From assembly GCA_046597055.1 (NCBI GenBank), contig JBKJLC010000095.1, forward strand, positions 1 through 38,047: a stretch of DNA of 38,047 nucleotides. The letters are read 5' to 3'. Positions 8,651 through 18,546 of the stretch are shown one piece after another; position 1 is the stretch's first letter; every line of letters starts with the position of its first letter. Below the pieces are notes generated by a model. That model was given only the letters and a program-made list of their open reading frames with translations, ran no database searches and was not told the DNA's origin. The stretch comes from Kofleriaceae bacterium. Lineage in GTDB: Bacteria; Myxococcota_A; Polyangia; Haliangiales; Haliangiaceae. The position numbers were made by a program, and so were the translations under genes.

Positions 8651-11600
8651 TTCGGCTTCCGATCCTTGGGAGGTAACCATTCGGTGCCCAGTTCCTTTTT
8701 ACCTTTCTGGCGATTGCAAGTGCGACAAGTCGCATCGAGATTCTCGTCTACCGTCCCGCCTCCACGAGCGTATGCCTTTCGGTGATCGATCTCCACCGAG
8801 TTAGGTGAGCCAGCCTTCCTGTCCAAGGGTGTGTCACAGTGAGTACACTTTTCGACACCATCGGCGTCCTTTGAACGGTCGAGCGCTGCATCGCGCTGCT
8901 TCGTCGTCGGAGCCCGCCCGGGGCGCTTCGCCAAGTCCTTGCCGTCGGTCGAGCGCCCCGGTCCGCCGAGGAATCGGGGGACAACGTCAAGCGGATTGGG
9001 CGGGTCGACCGCGATGTCGATGACCGACGCAATAATGCCCCCCACGCCGCTCATGCTCTTCGCCATCTTCACCGTGTCCTTGCCTTGGCTCACGATGACT
9101 TGCCGGACGGACTTGTCCCCGGTGAAGCCCGCACTGACCCGCTGAATGAATCTCACATTGTACGCCGCTACAGGATTTAGTGCACTGAGGACGTCAAGAA
9201 TGTCGCGACCGTCCGGATCGAGAAACCGTACAGGATTCTGCGTGCAGAACGCATACAGGCTGGCTCGTCGGGGTTCCCTCCAAGCGGAATCAGGGGCCCA
9301 TCTGTACAGAGGGTCCGCCTGGGTCCAACCGAGCAACACCCCGTCATAGTAGCGGACGCCGTAGTAGCCCAGTGCAGTCAAGTCGTCGCGGAACTTGTCG
9401 TTGAACCTCCGATGCACATCCTTCGCTGCTGCGCCGCTGCTTCGAAGAAGCTCGCCATAAGGCGCATAGACAAAGCCCGCCTTGACGGTGCCATCGGGCG
9501 TGACCGTGAGTAGGGCGTTGTTCGAGAGGCCGTGGTACTGGAGTTCGAGGTCCTCCCGATCGGTGACGCGGGCGACCGGGGTCCCGAGCGAGAGGTGAGC
9601 GGACGAAGTCTTGAGGACGCTGGTGGCGCCGAAGACGAGCTCGGTGTCGCCGAGGAAGACGCGGGCAAGCTGGACGGCGCCGCTGCTGCCACGAGTCACG
9701 ACACCCATACGGGTGCCGGTGTGGTCGTAGAAGTACTCCTCGCGCGCGCCACCGACGGTGGCGCGGCGTAGCTGGTCCTCCCCGTCGTAGGCGAGCGTCT
9801 CCGCGCTTGGACCGCCCGCGCGGGTCGCCATGTTTCCGGCCGTATCGTAGCTGTAGCTACGCAACGGGACGCTGCCACCCACCGGGAGCAGCGCGGAGAC
9901 CGCTTCGGGATCGATGGGAGAGTCGTACTGGTACGTGACGTCGCGATCGACAACGTCCGACCCTGGCGCGGCGACCGACCTGACCGTGGCGCCCAGGAGC
10001 TTGCCGCCATGGGTGAACTGATAGGAGCTGCTGAACTGCCCCGCCGCCTCCTTGACGCTGGTCAGCTGATGCCGGGGATCGTACGTGTAGCCGAAGTCGT
10101 AGTAGCTCGCGCCAAGCCAGTGCTCGAGCCGCTTGGGGTCGTCGTGCCCGTGGTACTCGAGCTTCTGACGGGCCAGCTGCGTAGATGGTAGGTCTGTGAC
10201 GGTCTGAGTTCCAATCCGCGTCAGCCGGTCGTACGTGAACACAGACTCGAACTCTGCGACGTTTGGATCGTTGTGGTGGGCCGCACGCTTGGTGACCAGA
10301 CCGGCCAGATTCCGTGTGTGCTTGGCGACGAGCCTCGAACGCTGGCCGGCCTTCAACAGCCACATCTGGGCCGGCATCGCGCGGTCGTCGTACTCGACCC
10401 GCGCTCCCGTGGCGTTCGAGCTTCCCGCCTCGTTGTCGGCATAGGTGTGCTCTCGGACGCGGCCCCCGGGGCCGTACGAACTAGAAATCGAGCGTGTTCC
10501 GTTCACACCGGCAAACCGGAAGGACCTCGATTCACGGGTCGCGTTGCCTTCGGCATCGTACTCGTAGACGATGTCGAGCACACTGCCAGGGAACGTGACC
10601 GCGCACAGCCGGCCAGCGCCGTTGACACAATTGTCGTGCTTGAAGCTGACGGTACCAACCCCGAACAGGACCTGGTCCGCTGTGGACAGGTTGCGCCCCC
10701 CGACGCTGCGCGAGCGCGGACGGCTAGCCTCGTCGTAGGCGAAGGTCGTGGTGTACGCGAGCGCCAAGGCAGTGCTCGGCGGCGGTGCCGCCTCGGACGT
10801 CAGCTGCCCGTTCTTGTCGTAGCCATACACCCACTTGCGGCCCGCTCGAACGATGGTCTTGCGACGCCCGGCAAAGTCGTGCAACAGCTGCGTCACGACG
10901 CCGTCGGGATTCTGGATCCGGGTGACGGCGTCTCGAGGGTCGTACTGGTAGGTGGTCGTCGCGTACTGAGAGGTGGCGACGTCCGTATACTCGCGCACTT
11001 CGGCGAGCCGCCCGAACTGGTCGTGGACGAGCACCTTACGCCCAGCCGGGCCACCCTCGCCGCCCGCGACCTCGTCGATCTGGTGGACCTGCCCGTTGTA
11101 CGAGATGTCCACGCCGGATGCGGCGCCCAGCACGGCGGGCCGCCGCATCCGGGTGGGTCGGCCCAGGCTGTCGAAGTCGTACAGATATGTGACGGACGGA
11201 AACGGGGTCACCGTCGGGTTCGCCACACTCGGGTCCGGCAGGCTCACGGAGATCAGGTGACCCCGGCGATCGTAGTCATAGGTGGTCACGGCGTCGGCGC
11301 CGAGACCGGTGCGGACGCGGGACTCCTTCGGCCGGGCCTGGCCATCAAGCCGCGTCTCCTCGCGGGTCCAGCGGTCCTCGTCGTACTCGATGCGCGCCTC
11401 GGTCACGACCTTCGTTGGCTGACCGCCGAGGACGTGGTCGGTGTACGTGATGCGCGAGGTGCGCACCTTCTGCCAGACCGGATTACCAGGCAGCTCGACA
11501 TTCACCCAGGTCGAGAGCGTGCGGCCCAGCCCGTCCACGTCCGTCCAGCTCGCCGGCGCGTTGCAGCCGACACCGCACGATGCTGTCGCGGGTCCGCGCA

Positions 11601-14600
11601 CACTCAGGACAGCCCCCGTGCCAGGCTCGTAGGTCCGGTCCATCACGTGGCCCACCTCGTTCGTCGTCCTCGTGACGAAGCGCTTGGTGGGATCGTGCTG
11701 GTATGCCTCGACCGGTCCCGCCGGGAAGTTTCTCGGCGAGCGCGTGCTCCGCGTGATCCCGGTCGTCAGGTCGACGTCCCACACGGTCACTGCCGCATCG
11801 GCGGAAGGCCCATCCTGGAACCATTGCGTCCTGGCCGTCTGCGCGCGATACAGGACGTCGAAGCGGGCGGCCCAGTGGTCGTATAGCACCCGTCCCGTTG
11901 CCGTCTGCTCGTGCGCCTTGTGGTCCTCGATCTGGAGGCGGTAGTTGTTCGCGTCGGAGAAGAGGAAGTTCTTGTCGTAGGTATTCCGGTCGCCCACGGT
12001 GGCGCCGGGACCGGCATTGTCGCTGATGTACTTCTGTTGCAGGACCCACATGAGCGCGGGCCCTCCAGCGACACTGCTCGAGCCTATGGATATCCAGTAG
12101 GTCCGAGTGCGCTGCGGGGGTGTCGCACGGCACGACACTTCGGTCGAACCATTCGTACACGTCCAGTTCCGCTCGTCGGCCGCGTGGTAGGTCACGATCG
12201 CGCCCCCGAACAGCGTGGACTGCTGCCACGTGGTGTCTGCAATCGTGCGGGGATACAGATTTTCTGCCGTGTTGTTGTCTTCGGCGGCGAACGTCCGGAT
12301 GGTCTTCAGCCGACCGCTCCAGTCGACGTCAAAGCCATAGGTATCGATGATCCGCGCACCCGACGGCCGCGTCATCTCGACCTCCTCGAAGCCGCGGAAG
12401 CCCCACTCGCGGCGCTCATCCTGGTTCCAGACGGGGTAGAAGTACTTGTAGGACGAGGTGGAGCGGTCGTCGTCCCACCGATCGCGCGTGGTCAACTCGT
12501 GCACGACCCACTGCGAATGCGGCATCGCCTTACCGCGGGCAGCGTCCTGCACGACCACGCTCGCCTTCGTGGTCGGCGCGTACGAGACCTCCACCGTGCC
12601 GCCAACGCCGTTGTCGATCTTGCGCAGCAGCCGCAGCGGCTGATCGGTGGCGTCGACGTAAGTAGAAATCGTCGCACCCTCGAAGTTCCAGTGCTCCGGC
12701 AGCCCGTCCCCGTCCATGTCGATGAGGTCACGGACGGTCGCCCAGTGGTTGTCGCTTCCCATCATCAGCGCGCTCGTCTTCTGTACCAAGGCCCGCGCGA
12801 GGTTGGGATTGCTGGCCGTCGTGATTCCAGGCAAGAAATCGCCGCCGGCGTTGATGTGCAGTCGCTCCGGGCTCCAGTTCGCAATGGGCGACGCGAGGTC
12901 ACCGGGCCAGCTCTGGATCAGGTCGGCGCGGCCGTCGGCATCGACATCGACCAGGCGAGTCATGCTCCGGCGCCAGCCTTCACGCAGCCAGCCTCGCTCC
13001 ACCGTCGTCGTCTGGGCCCAGCTTCTCGACAGCGAACCCTGGACGCCTCGAAGTTGCTCGGCTTCGGCCAGCGACTGAGCGCGGAACTTGTAGCCATTGC
13101 CGTAGAAGACGAACGCCTGCGTGGGTCCGGTCCCCTGCACGTAGTCGGCGGCACCGTCGCCATTCAGATCTGCCAGCATGTGACCGGTCGCCGTGCTGTA
13201 ATCGTCATGGGTTATCAGATTGCCTGTGCACGACCCCCACGCGTGCCCGAAGCAGCGGGTGTTGCCCTGATTGGGCACAGCACCGTCGGGGGTGAACCAG
13301 GAGTAGAGCCGAGCACCGCTGGGGTCGAAGCCTCCGGCGCCATCGCCCGGGAACACATTCCAGTAGTTGGGGAAGCCCCGGTTGGGGCTGCGCCCGATGG
13401 TCACCAGATCGAGCTTGCCGTCACCGTCGAGGTCCATGATCGCGTGGTCGCTCGTCTGCATGCCGGATCCGCCACCGATGGACGAGTCTCCCGAGTCCGA
13501 CTCGAGCTCCGCAACCTGGTACTTGACCGTTCCTTGGGAGGACAACTTTGCGCCGAGCTGCGGGTCGGGATGATTCTCGTAGACGAGCCAGGGATTGCGG
13601 TCGCAGAGGACCTGCGACCGCGTGTACCCGCAGTGACTCCAGTTCTGCGGCGGTGGCGTGCCGGGCGGCGGCTGCCCAGGGGGCCACGCTGGCGGCAGCC
13701 CGTGATCAGAGATCGCCCAGGCCTCGAATTCCTGTGCGACGGTAACCTCGCGACTGATCTGCTCGGGATCGGTCGGCGTGCCCTGCGCGACGCAGGTCGC
13801 GAGCTTGCCCTGGTCGAAATGAAGTGACTTGTTCACGTCGAGCGCGAGCGCGTCACGCGTGCAGTCGGCGTCGAGCGCGAGGAGCGGCTTGCCGGACTTG
13901 GCGGCGCCGCACGCGGGCCACTGAGTTGTGCCTAGCTGCAACTCGGGGTTCAACGGCAGCGTGTTGGGGTTGAGGTGGTGGCTGGAATGGATCGCGGCGA
14001 CCAGATCGATTCTTCCGTCGGCGTTGACGTCGGTCCAGCGGTAGACCAGGTACGAGCCGATGTTATGGTCGGCACAGTTGCCTGCCACCATCCCCGGAAG
14101 GATGTTGTGGACCTTGGTGCGCTGGAAATTGAGCGTGCACTGCTCGGGATCTTGGCGAGCGCCGGTGGCCCAGGGAAGTCGCGGCATGATCTGCGGGGCC
14201 GACGGCGCTCCGAAACCGATCATGCCGTCTGGCTGCCGGCCCAGGTTTTTCTGCCAGACGAAGGCGCACTCGTTGGCGAAGGCGGCCGACCGCATGATCT
14301 TGTCCGGGAGGCCGTCAGCGTCGAAGTCGAGCAACATGCTGTGAACTGCCGGCCACCCGCCGTCCGACCGAGTGCCCGAGCTCGCGCTGAGTGACACGAT
14401 GTCCGGACTGGGCATCCAGTTGGGTGCCTCCGCCTGCACTCGGTCGAACGTTCGTGCGCGCCGGTTGTACTCGAACGTCACCGGCTCCAGGTCGACCCGC
14501 GGCGCGGAGGTCCCCCATGCGCTCTCCTGGATCGACGTGAGCTGGCGCGTCAGTCCGTGCGATACATAACAGTTGGCAGTGTTAAGATCGTAGCCGAGTG

Positions 14601-15492
14601 TGTACTCGCGCGTGTGCTGGATAGCACCCGATGAGGGCGCGAAGGCGACGGCTCGGATCTTGGTCAGCCGCCGGCGCCCCTCGAGCGAGTTGATGCGCAG
14701 GTCGTCGGCCGCGCCCGGCGCCAGCCGCGTGCCGCAGGTGTCCTCGACGTAGTCGAACTCGACCCGTGCGAACGCCGGAAGACCGGCAGCCGGGTTGGAG
14801 GTATACCGGATCTGCTGGAGCTCGGTGCCTTTCCACTGGTACTCGACGGTGTTGCCGAACGTGTCGACGGTCCGCGTGAGGGGGACCCGCAACGGCTGGT
14901 TCCAGCCAGCGGACAGTTCCGTGTCCCCGAAGTAGTAGGTGGTGCCGTCGGAAGCGCGCGCCCGCCACAGGAAGGCTTGGTCCTCATTCATGCGCTCGTA
15001 CCGCACGTACGAGCCGTCGTTCTGGGCGCGGAACGCACCGTAGGCGCCGGCGCCGCGAGGTTCGGTGACGGCGACCAGCGGACGCCCGCCGGCCATCGAG
15101 CTCACGAAGCGCTGATCGTCCCAGGCGCCGAAGTACAGCTGCTTCAGGAGCGACACCGTGGTGTCGAGTCGGATCTCGGGAACCGACAGGTTCCAGCCGG
15201 CGGCGACGCCGCCGTACGCGGCGCCTTGCGACGAGTAGGCCAGCGCCAGGCTGGGTTGAACCCCACGGCGCCCGGGCGGCACCTGGATGGGGTACGAGTA
15301 CTGAAGTGCGCCGGTCTGGGTGGAGACCGAGGCATCACCATCTTTAAGGTCGCGTGCCTTGGGTGGATCGGCGCCGATCGTCGGCGCCGGCGAGGATGTC
15401 ATGACGTCGCCGGGGACGCCCCATGCCGGGATGGCCATGCTGGCGGCGAGCACGAGACACATGGCTTGTATCGAGATTCGGCCGATTCTCAT
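8647..15492 (-). CDS. Secreted SpvB / FG-GAP / TcdB-midN / YD-Rhs polymorphic toxin with C-terminal HNH endonuclease
   Basis: Signal-peptide-like N-terminus (...LVLAASMAIPAWG); SpvB-type YSYPIQVPPGRRGVQPSLALAYSS; DxDGDG repeats; LLRKIDNGVGG and FRGF; YD repeats; core end RYYD...ADP...NPVRFLDPDG; toxin tip CTHC...IDH...GG...NL...CRTCNRQKG. Confidence 0.93.
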   Translation of the reverse strand: MRIGRISIQAMCLVLAASMAIPAWGVPGDVMTSSPAPTIGADPPKARDLKDGDASVSTQTGALQYSYPIQVPPGRRGVQPSLALAYSSQGAAYGGVAAGWNLSVPEIRLDTTVSLLKQLYFGAWDDQRFVSSMAGGRPLVAVTEPRGAGAYGAFRAQNDGSYVRYERMNEDQAFLWRARASDGTTYYFGDTELSAGWNQPLRVPLTRTVDTFGNTVEYQWKGTELQQIRYTSNPAAGLPAFARVEFDYVEDTCGTRLAPGAADDLRINSLEGRRRLTKIRAVAFAPSSGAIQHTREYTLGYDLNTANCYVSHGLTRQLTSIQESAWGTSAPRVDLEPVTFEYNRRARTFDRVQAEAPNWMPSPDIVSLSASSGTRSDGGWPAVHSMLLDFDADGLPDKIMRSAAFANECAFVWQKNLGRQPDGMIGFGAPSAPQIMPRLPWATGARQDPEQCTLNFQRTKVHNILPGMVAGNCADHNIGSYLVYRWTDVNADGRIDLVAAIHSSHHLNPNTLPLNPELQLGTTQWPACGAAKSGKPLLALDADCTRDALALDVNKSLHFDQGKLATCVAQGTPTDPEQISREVTVAQEFEAWAISDHGLPPAWPPGQPPPGTPPPQNWSHCGYTRSQVLCDRNPWLVYENHPDPQLGAKLSSQGTVKYQVAELESDSGDSSIGGGSGMQTSDHAIMDLDGDGKLDLVTIGRSPNRGFPNYWNVFPGDGAGGFDPSGARLYSWFTPDGAVPNQGNTRCFGHAWGSCTGNLITHDDYSTATGHMLADLNGDGAADYVQGTGPTQAFVFYGNGYKFRAQSLAEAEQLRGVQGSLSRSWAQTTTVERGWLREGWRRSMTRLVDVDADGRADLIQSWPGDLASPIANWSPERLHINAGGDFLPGITTASNPNLARALVQKTSALMMGSDNHWATVRDLIDMDGDGLPEHWNFEGATISTYVDATDQPLRLLRKIDNGVGGTVEVSYAPTTKASVVVQDAARGKAMPHSQWVVHELTTRDRWDDDRSTSSYKYFYPVWNQDERREWGFRGFEEVEMTRPSGARIIDTYGFDVDWSGRLKTIRTFAAEDNNTAENLYPRTIADTTWQQSTLFGGAIVTYHAADERNWTCTNGSTEVSCRATPPQRTRTYWISIGSSSVAGGPALMWVLQQKYISDNAGPGATVGDRNTYDKNFLFSDANNYRLQIEDHKAHEQTATGRVLYDHWAARFDVLYRAQTARTQWFQDGPSADAAVTVWDVDLTTGITRSTRSPRNFPAGPVEAYQHDPTKRFVTRTTNEVGHVMDRTYEPGTGAVLSVRGPATASCGVGCNAPASWTDVDGLGRTLSTWVNVELPGNPVWQKVRTSRITYTDHVLGGQPTKVVTEARIEYDEDRWTREETRLDGQARPKESRVRTGLGADAVTTYDYDRRGHLISVSLPDPSVANPTVTPFPSVTYLYDFDSLGRPTRMRRPAVLGAASGVDISYNGQVHQIDEVAGGEGGPAGRKVLVHDQFGRLAEVREYTDVATSQYATTTYQYDPRDAVTRIQNPDGVVTQLLHDFAGRRKTIVRAGRKWVYGYDKNGQLTSEAAPPPSTALALAYTTTFAYDEASRPRSRSVGGRNLSTADQVLFGVGTVSFKHDNCVNGAGRLCAVTFPGSVLDIVYEYDAEGNATRESRSFRFAGVNGTRSISSSYGPGGRVREHTYADNEAGSSNATGARVEYDDRAMPAQMWLLKAGQRSRLVAKHTRNLAGLVTKRAAHHNDPNVAEFESVFTYDRLTRIGTQTVTDLPSTQLARQKLEYHGHDDPKRLEHWLGASYYDFGYTYDPRHQLTSVKEAAGQFSSSYQFTHGGKLLGATVRSVAAPGSDVVDRDVTYQYDSPIDPEAVSALLPVGGSVPLRSYSYDTAGNMATRAGGPSAETLAYDGEDQLRRATVGGAREEYFYDHTGTRMGVVTRGSSGAVQLARVFLGDTELVFGATSVLKTSSAHLSLGTPVARVTDREDLELQYHGLSNNALLTVTPDGTVKAGFVYAPYGELLRSSGAAAKDVHRRFNDKFRDDLTALGYYGVRYYDGVLLGWTQADPLYRWAPDSAWREPRRASLYAFCTQNPVRFLDPDGRDILDVLSALNPVAAYNVRFIQRVSAGFTGDKSVRQVIVSQGKDTVKMAKSMSGVGGIIASVIDIAVDPPNPLDVVPRFLGGPGRSTDGKDLAKRPGRAPTTKQRDAALDRSKDADGVEKCTHCDTPLDRKAGSPNSVEIDHRKAYARGGGTVDENLDATCRTCNRQKGKKELGTEWLPPKDRKPK

Positions 15493-15585
15493 ATCGGGAG
15501 CTCCGTTCGGGAGGCGGTCGGTGCACTGGCTCCGCCAGGTCGGCTGTGGTGCCAGCGTCGAATCGAACTTTGGGTGGGGGCGTGG

Positions 15586-15966
15586 CTACTCGTCGCGGCA
15601 GGCCGCGAGCGCATCGGTTGTGCCCGCGGCGAGTCGGCAACGGACGCCTGCGGGTGATGCGGTAGCCAAGCATTCGTCGACGAACGAGGCAGCGAGACGC
15701 TCGGTCAGGGCCGCCTTGTGCTGGTCGCGGTCGGCGGTCACGGACTGGAGCCGGAGCTCCACGCTGTGGTCTCGCAGCTGCTCGCACGAGCGGCGGGACG
15801 CGGTGGTCGCTGCCTCCTCGCCCCCGCACGCTGCGAGTGCGGCGATGACCAGAGCGGCGGCGGTCCGCCAAAGGCGAACCTGGGCGGGCCGCGCGCTGGT
15901 GGTCGGGTGACGGGTGGCGGGTCCGGCTGTGACCGGTGCGAAGGGAGCCTGTTGCCTGCGGTGCAT
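15586..15966 (-). CDS. Small Cys-rich lipoprotein
   Basis: Hydrophobic stretch ending in lipobox LAAC, with four more Cys in the mature part. The true start may be later than 15966. Confidence 0.72.
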   Translation of the reverse strand: MHRRQQAPFAPVTAGPATRHPTTSARPAQVRLWRTAAALVIAALAACGGEEAATTASRRSCEQLRDHSVELRLQSVTADRDQHKAALTERLAASFVDECLATASPAGVRCRLAAGTTDALAACRDE

Positions 15967-16004
15967 GGCGACCTCGGTGAGGTATCGGCGTTCGGGTGGC
16001 GGGG

Positions 16005-16904
16005 TCAGGGAGCGCGATGGGCGACCCAGAGGTCACTCGGTGCGCCATCGGTGCGGTGGAAATAGAGGGCACAGCCGTCGGGCGAGACGAAGGTCGGGTA
16101 GCTGAAGCCGCGGCCGCTCAGCTCGGTCACCTCCGCGGGTTCGCCCCAGGCGGCGTCAACCGACTCGCGCTGCGCCGTCCACAGGTGGTCGCCACCCCAG
16201 CTGGACCAGAAGAGACGCAGGCCGTCGGTCGACTCGACCGGGGTCACGGCGGCGTCGTGACGGTCGAGACCGTCCATCCGCCGGGCGACCCCGAGGTTTC
16301 CGTCGGTCGCCACCGACACGGCCGCGAGCGTGGAGGTCGACGCAGCGTCGCCCTGTGTGTCGACGAACAGGAGGGCCTGCGGGGTGAGGTATGGCTGGCG
16401 CTGGAACGAGGTCGCCGATGGCGGGAGGCTCGTGACGCTCGCCGGGACCACCGTGACGAACGTTGCCGAGCTCGACGCCCGCGTGGCTCGCCACAGGTTG
16501 TTGTCCCGCTGGAAGTAGAGCGTCCGGCCGTCGGCCGACACGGTCGGATAGGACTCGTGCGCGGGGGTGGCGAGCTCCTCGATCGGCCGAGGCGTGCCGA
16601 AGTCGTCATCGATGCTGGCCCGGGTCGCGGTGAAGAGATCGGCCGCGCCGTTCACGGTCGCCTGACGGTGGAAGTAGACGGTCAGCTCGTCGGGCGACAG
16701 GCGGGCCCCGCCTTCGTGCAGCGGACTGTTGAGCGACCGGATTGGCACCGCCTCGTGGAAGGGCGCCGCCGGATCGCAGCGGCTGGGGGCAGCGTCGGGG
16801 TCGCTCGAGCCGGGCTCTGCCTGGTAGAGCGTGCACCCGGCCGCGCCGAGGGCGATCACGAGGCTCAAAGCCGGGCGCGCCGGGCGTACGTGGTTTCTCG
16901 ACAT
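16005..16904 (-). CDS. Lipoprotein with TolB/PD40-like beta-propeller repeats (copy 1)
   Basis: Lipobox AAGC; repeats LSPDELTVYF, VSADGRTLYF, ESTDGLRLFW, VSPDGCALYF. ATG at 16904. Confidence 0.85.
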   Translation of the reverse strand: MSRNHVRPARPALSLVIALGAAGCTLYQAEPGSSDPDAAPSRCDPAAPFHEAVPIRSLNSPLHEGGARLSPDELTVYFHRQATVNGAADLFTATRASIDDDFGTPRPIEELATPAHESYPTVSADGRTLYFQRDNNLWRATRASSSATFVTVVPASVTSLPPSATSFQRQPYLTPQALLFVDTQGDAASTSTLAAVSVATDGNLGVARRMDGLDRHDAAVTPVESTDGLRLFWSSWGGDHLWTAQRESVDAAWGEPAEVTELSGRGFSYPTFVSPDGCALYFHRTDGAPSDLWVAHRAP

Positions 16905-16938
16905 GCCCGCCCTATCGACGGTCGCGAGCGGAGTTGCG
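16905..16938 (-). promoter_or_regulatory. Putative ECF-sigma promoter GCAAC-N15-CGATA, 8 nt before the ATG
   Basis: The same bipartite motif and spacing lies upstream of the paralog at 18547-18580, with a diverged spacer. Confidence 0.6.
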
Positions 16939-17215
16939 GGTTTTTTTCGCTCGTCTGCCGACAACTGCGGCCGACCGTCAGTGCCGGTACCCGCGCGCCG
17001 GGCGCCACGCTGCGACCGGGCGCCGGGTTGGTGGCGGGGCCGCTGCCTGATCGAGGGTGTCCTGGCGCCCGACGCTGCGCGCCTGGCGATGGGCATCGGC
17101 AGCCGGCAGGTCGCGCCGCGGCCGCCGTGATGGTCGTGGTGCGGCTGCCCGCCCGGCCCGGCGCCGTTGACCTGCACGGCGCTGCCGGGGTTGGCTGACC
17201 GGCTGGCCGCCTATC

Positions 17216-17551
17216 TCATTCGACCCTCGCGAAGGCGGGATGATGGCCGTCGACGTCGGCCAGGTCGACATGGCCGATCTGGAGCTCCCCGGTTCCGTCC
17301 GCGTCGTCGGTCAGCAGCACGGCGAGGTGCTCGGCGAGATCCAGAACCCGTGCCAGCCGGTCGTGACTTTCTTGCGCGTAGGCCATGGCGCGAGCTGCCG
17401 CGAGGAGGCGATCGAGGACCCGCAGCGCCGCGCTGCCCCCGAACGCGTCGCTCGCTCGGACACGGTCGTCTCGCGGGTCTCGCTCGGGCTGGAGGCCGCT
17501 CACCGGGGGAACCAGATGCCGCGGGCGACCGGGGTTGCCGATGTTGGGCAT
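17216..17551 (-). CDS. Hypothetical protein (111 aa)
   Basis: Co-oriented with its neighbours, AAGGA upstream and a helical-looking core; no motif recognised. Confidence 0.4.
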   Translation of the reverse strand: MPNIGNPGRPRHLVPPVSGLQPERDPRDDRVRASDAFGGSAALRVLDRLLAAARAMAYAQESHDRLARVLDLAEHLAVLLTDDADGTGELQIGHVDLADVDGHHPAFARVE

Positions 17552-17649
17552 GACATGTCCTTGGTCCAGGTCATCGAGCCTGTCGTCGCGGCAGCACGCT
17601 TCGAGGCGCCAGATCCAGAACGAGTCGCCCGACGCGATCCCGGCTCAGA

Positions 17650-18546
17650 TCAGAGTGCCCGCTGGGCGGACCAGATGTCGGGTTCGCCGCCCTCGGGGGC
17701 GCGGTCGAGGTAGATCACGCAGCCGTCAGGCGAGATCCACGACGGGTACGCGGGGCCGCCGCCGGCGAGCTCGGGCAGCTCTTGCGCAGGCACCCAAGCC
17801 GAGTCGAGCGATCCGCGTCGCGCGGTCCGGATCGTGAGGCCGCCCCAGTCGGCGAACCCTGCCCAGAACAGGAGCCGCCCGTCAGCCGACTCGATCGGGC
17901 TGAGCGGCATGGTCTCGACATCGATCCACTCGGCGAGGCCGAGGGTGCCATCGGGCTGCAGCGGCGCCCGGGCCAGCTTGTAGCTCGCGAACTGCGCGAC
18001 CTCCGTGAACAGCAGGCCGTTGGGCGCGAGATAGGGGTCGAGCTGGTCGAAGTCGTCCCAGTCCGGGACGGCGGTGACGGTGGTCTGGGTCGGGATCGAG
18101 AACGGAGCAGAGGTGGAGTTGCGGGTGGTGCGCCAGACGTGGTCGTCACGCTGAAAGTAGAGGGTCAGGCCGTCGGCTGAGGGGGCTGGCGAGAGCTCGA
18201 GCGCCGGGGTGCTGAGCTCGCTGACGGTTCGCGCCGGGCCGAAGTCTTGATCGGCCGCGGACCGGGTAGCGACGTACAGGTCGAAATCGCCCGGGGTCAC
18301 CTCGCGATGGAAGTAGACGGTCAGCTCGTCAGGCGACAGGCGGGCCCCGCCTTCGCCCGCTGCGGTGTTGAGCGAAGCGACCGGGGTCGGCGGCAGGAAT
18401 GACGCCTCGGGATTGCAGCGCTGCGGGATGGCATCGGGCACGCTCGGCGGCATGGTTTCCTGATCGACGCCGCAACCGAGGAGGTTGGTTGCGACGGCCA
18501 GCGCGGCGGCCGCGAGCGCGGGGCCCGACGTTCGAGTGATCGACAT
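17650..18546 (-). CDS. Lipoprotein with TolB/PD40-like beta-propeller repeats (copy 2)
   Basis: Lipobox LLGC; LSPDELTVYF, PSADGLTLYF, ESADGRLLFW, ISPDGCVIYL; collinear with copy 1. ATG at 18546. Confidence 0.85.
   Translation of the reverse strand: MSITRTSGPALAAAALAVATNLLGCGVDQETMPPSVPDAIPQRCNPEASFLPPTPVASLNTAAGEGGARLSPDELTVYFHREVTPGDFDLYVATRSAADQDFGPARTVSELSTPALELSPAPSADGLTLYFQRDDHVWRTTRNSTSAPFSIPTQTTVTAVPDWDDFDQLDPYLAPNGLLFTEVAQFASYKLARAPLQPDGTLGLAEWIDVETMPLSPIESADGRLLFWAGFADWGGLTIRTARRGSLDSAWVPAQELPELAGGGPAYPSWISPDGCVIYLDRAPEGGEPDIWSAQRAL

Noticed and set aside
8647..15492. T6SS Rhs effector or complete insecticidal Tc toxin
   Set aside because: It has a signal peptide and no PAAR, and there is no VgrG, Eag or TcA gene in the window. 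The coupled immunity-like gene points to bacterial targets.
16950..17215. Gene or ncRNA between the PD40 paralogs
   Set aside because: No convincing ORF, motif or structure was recognised.
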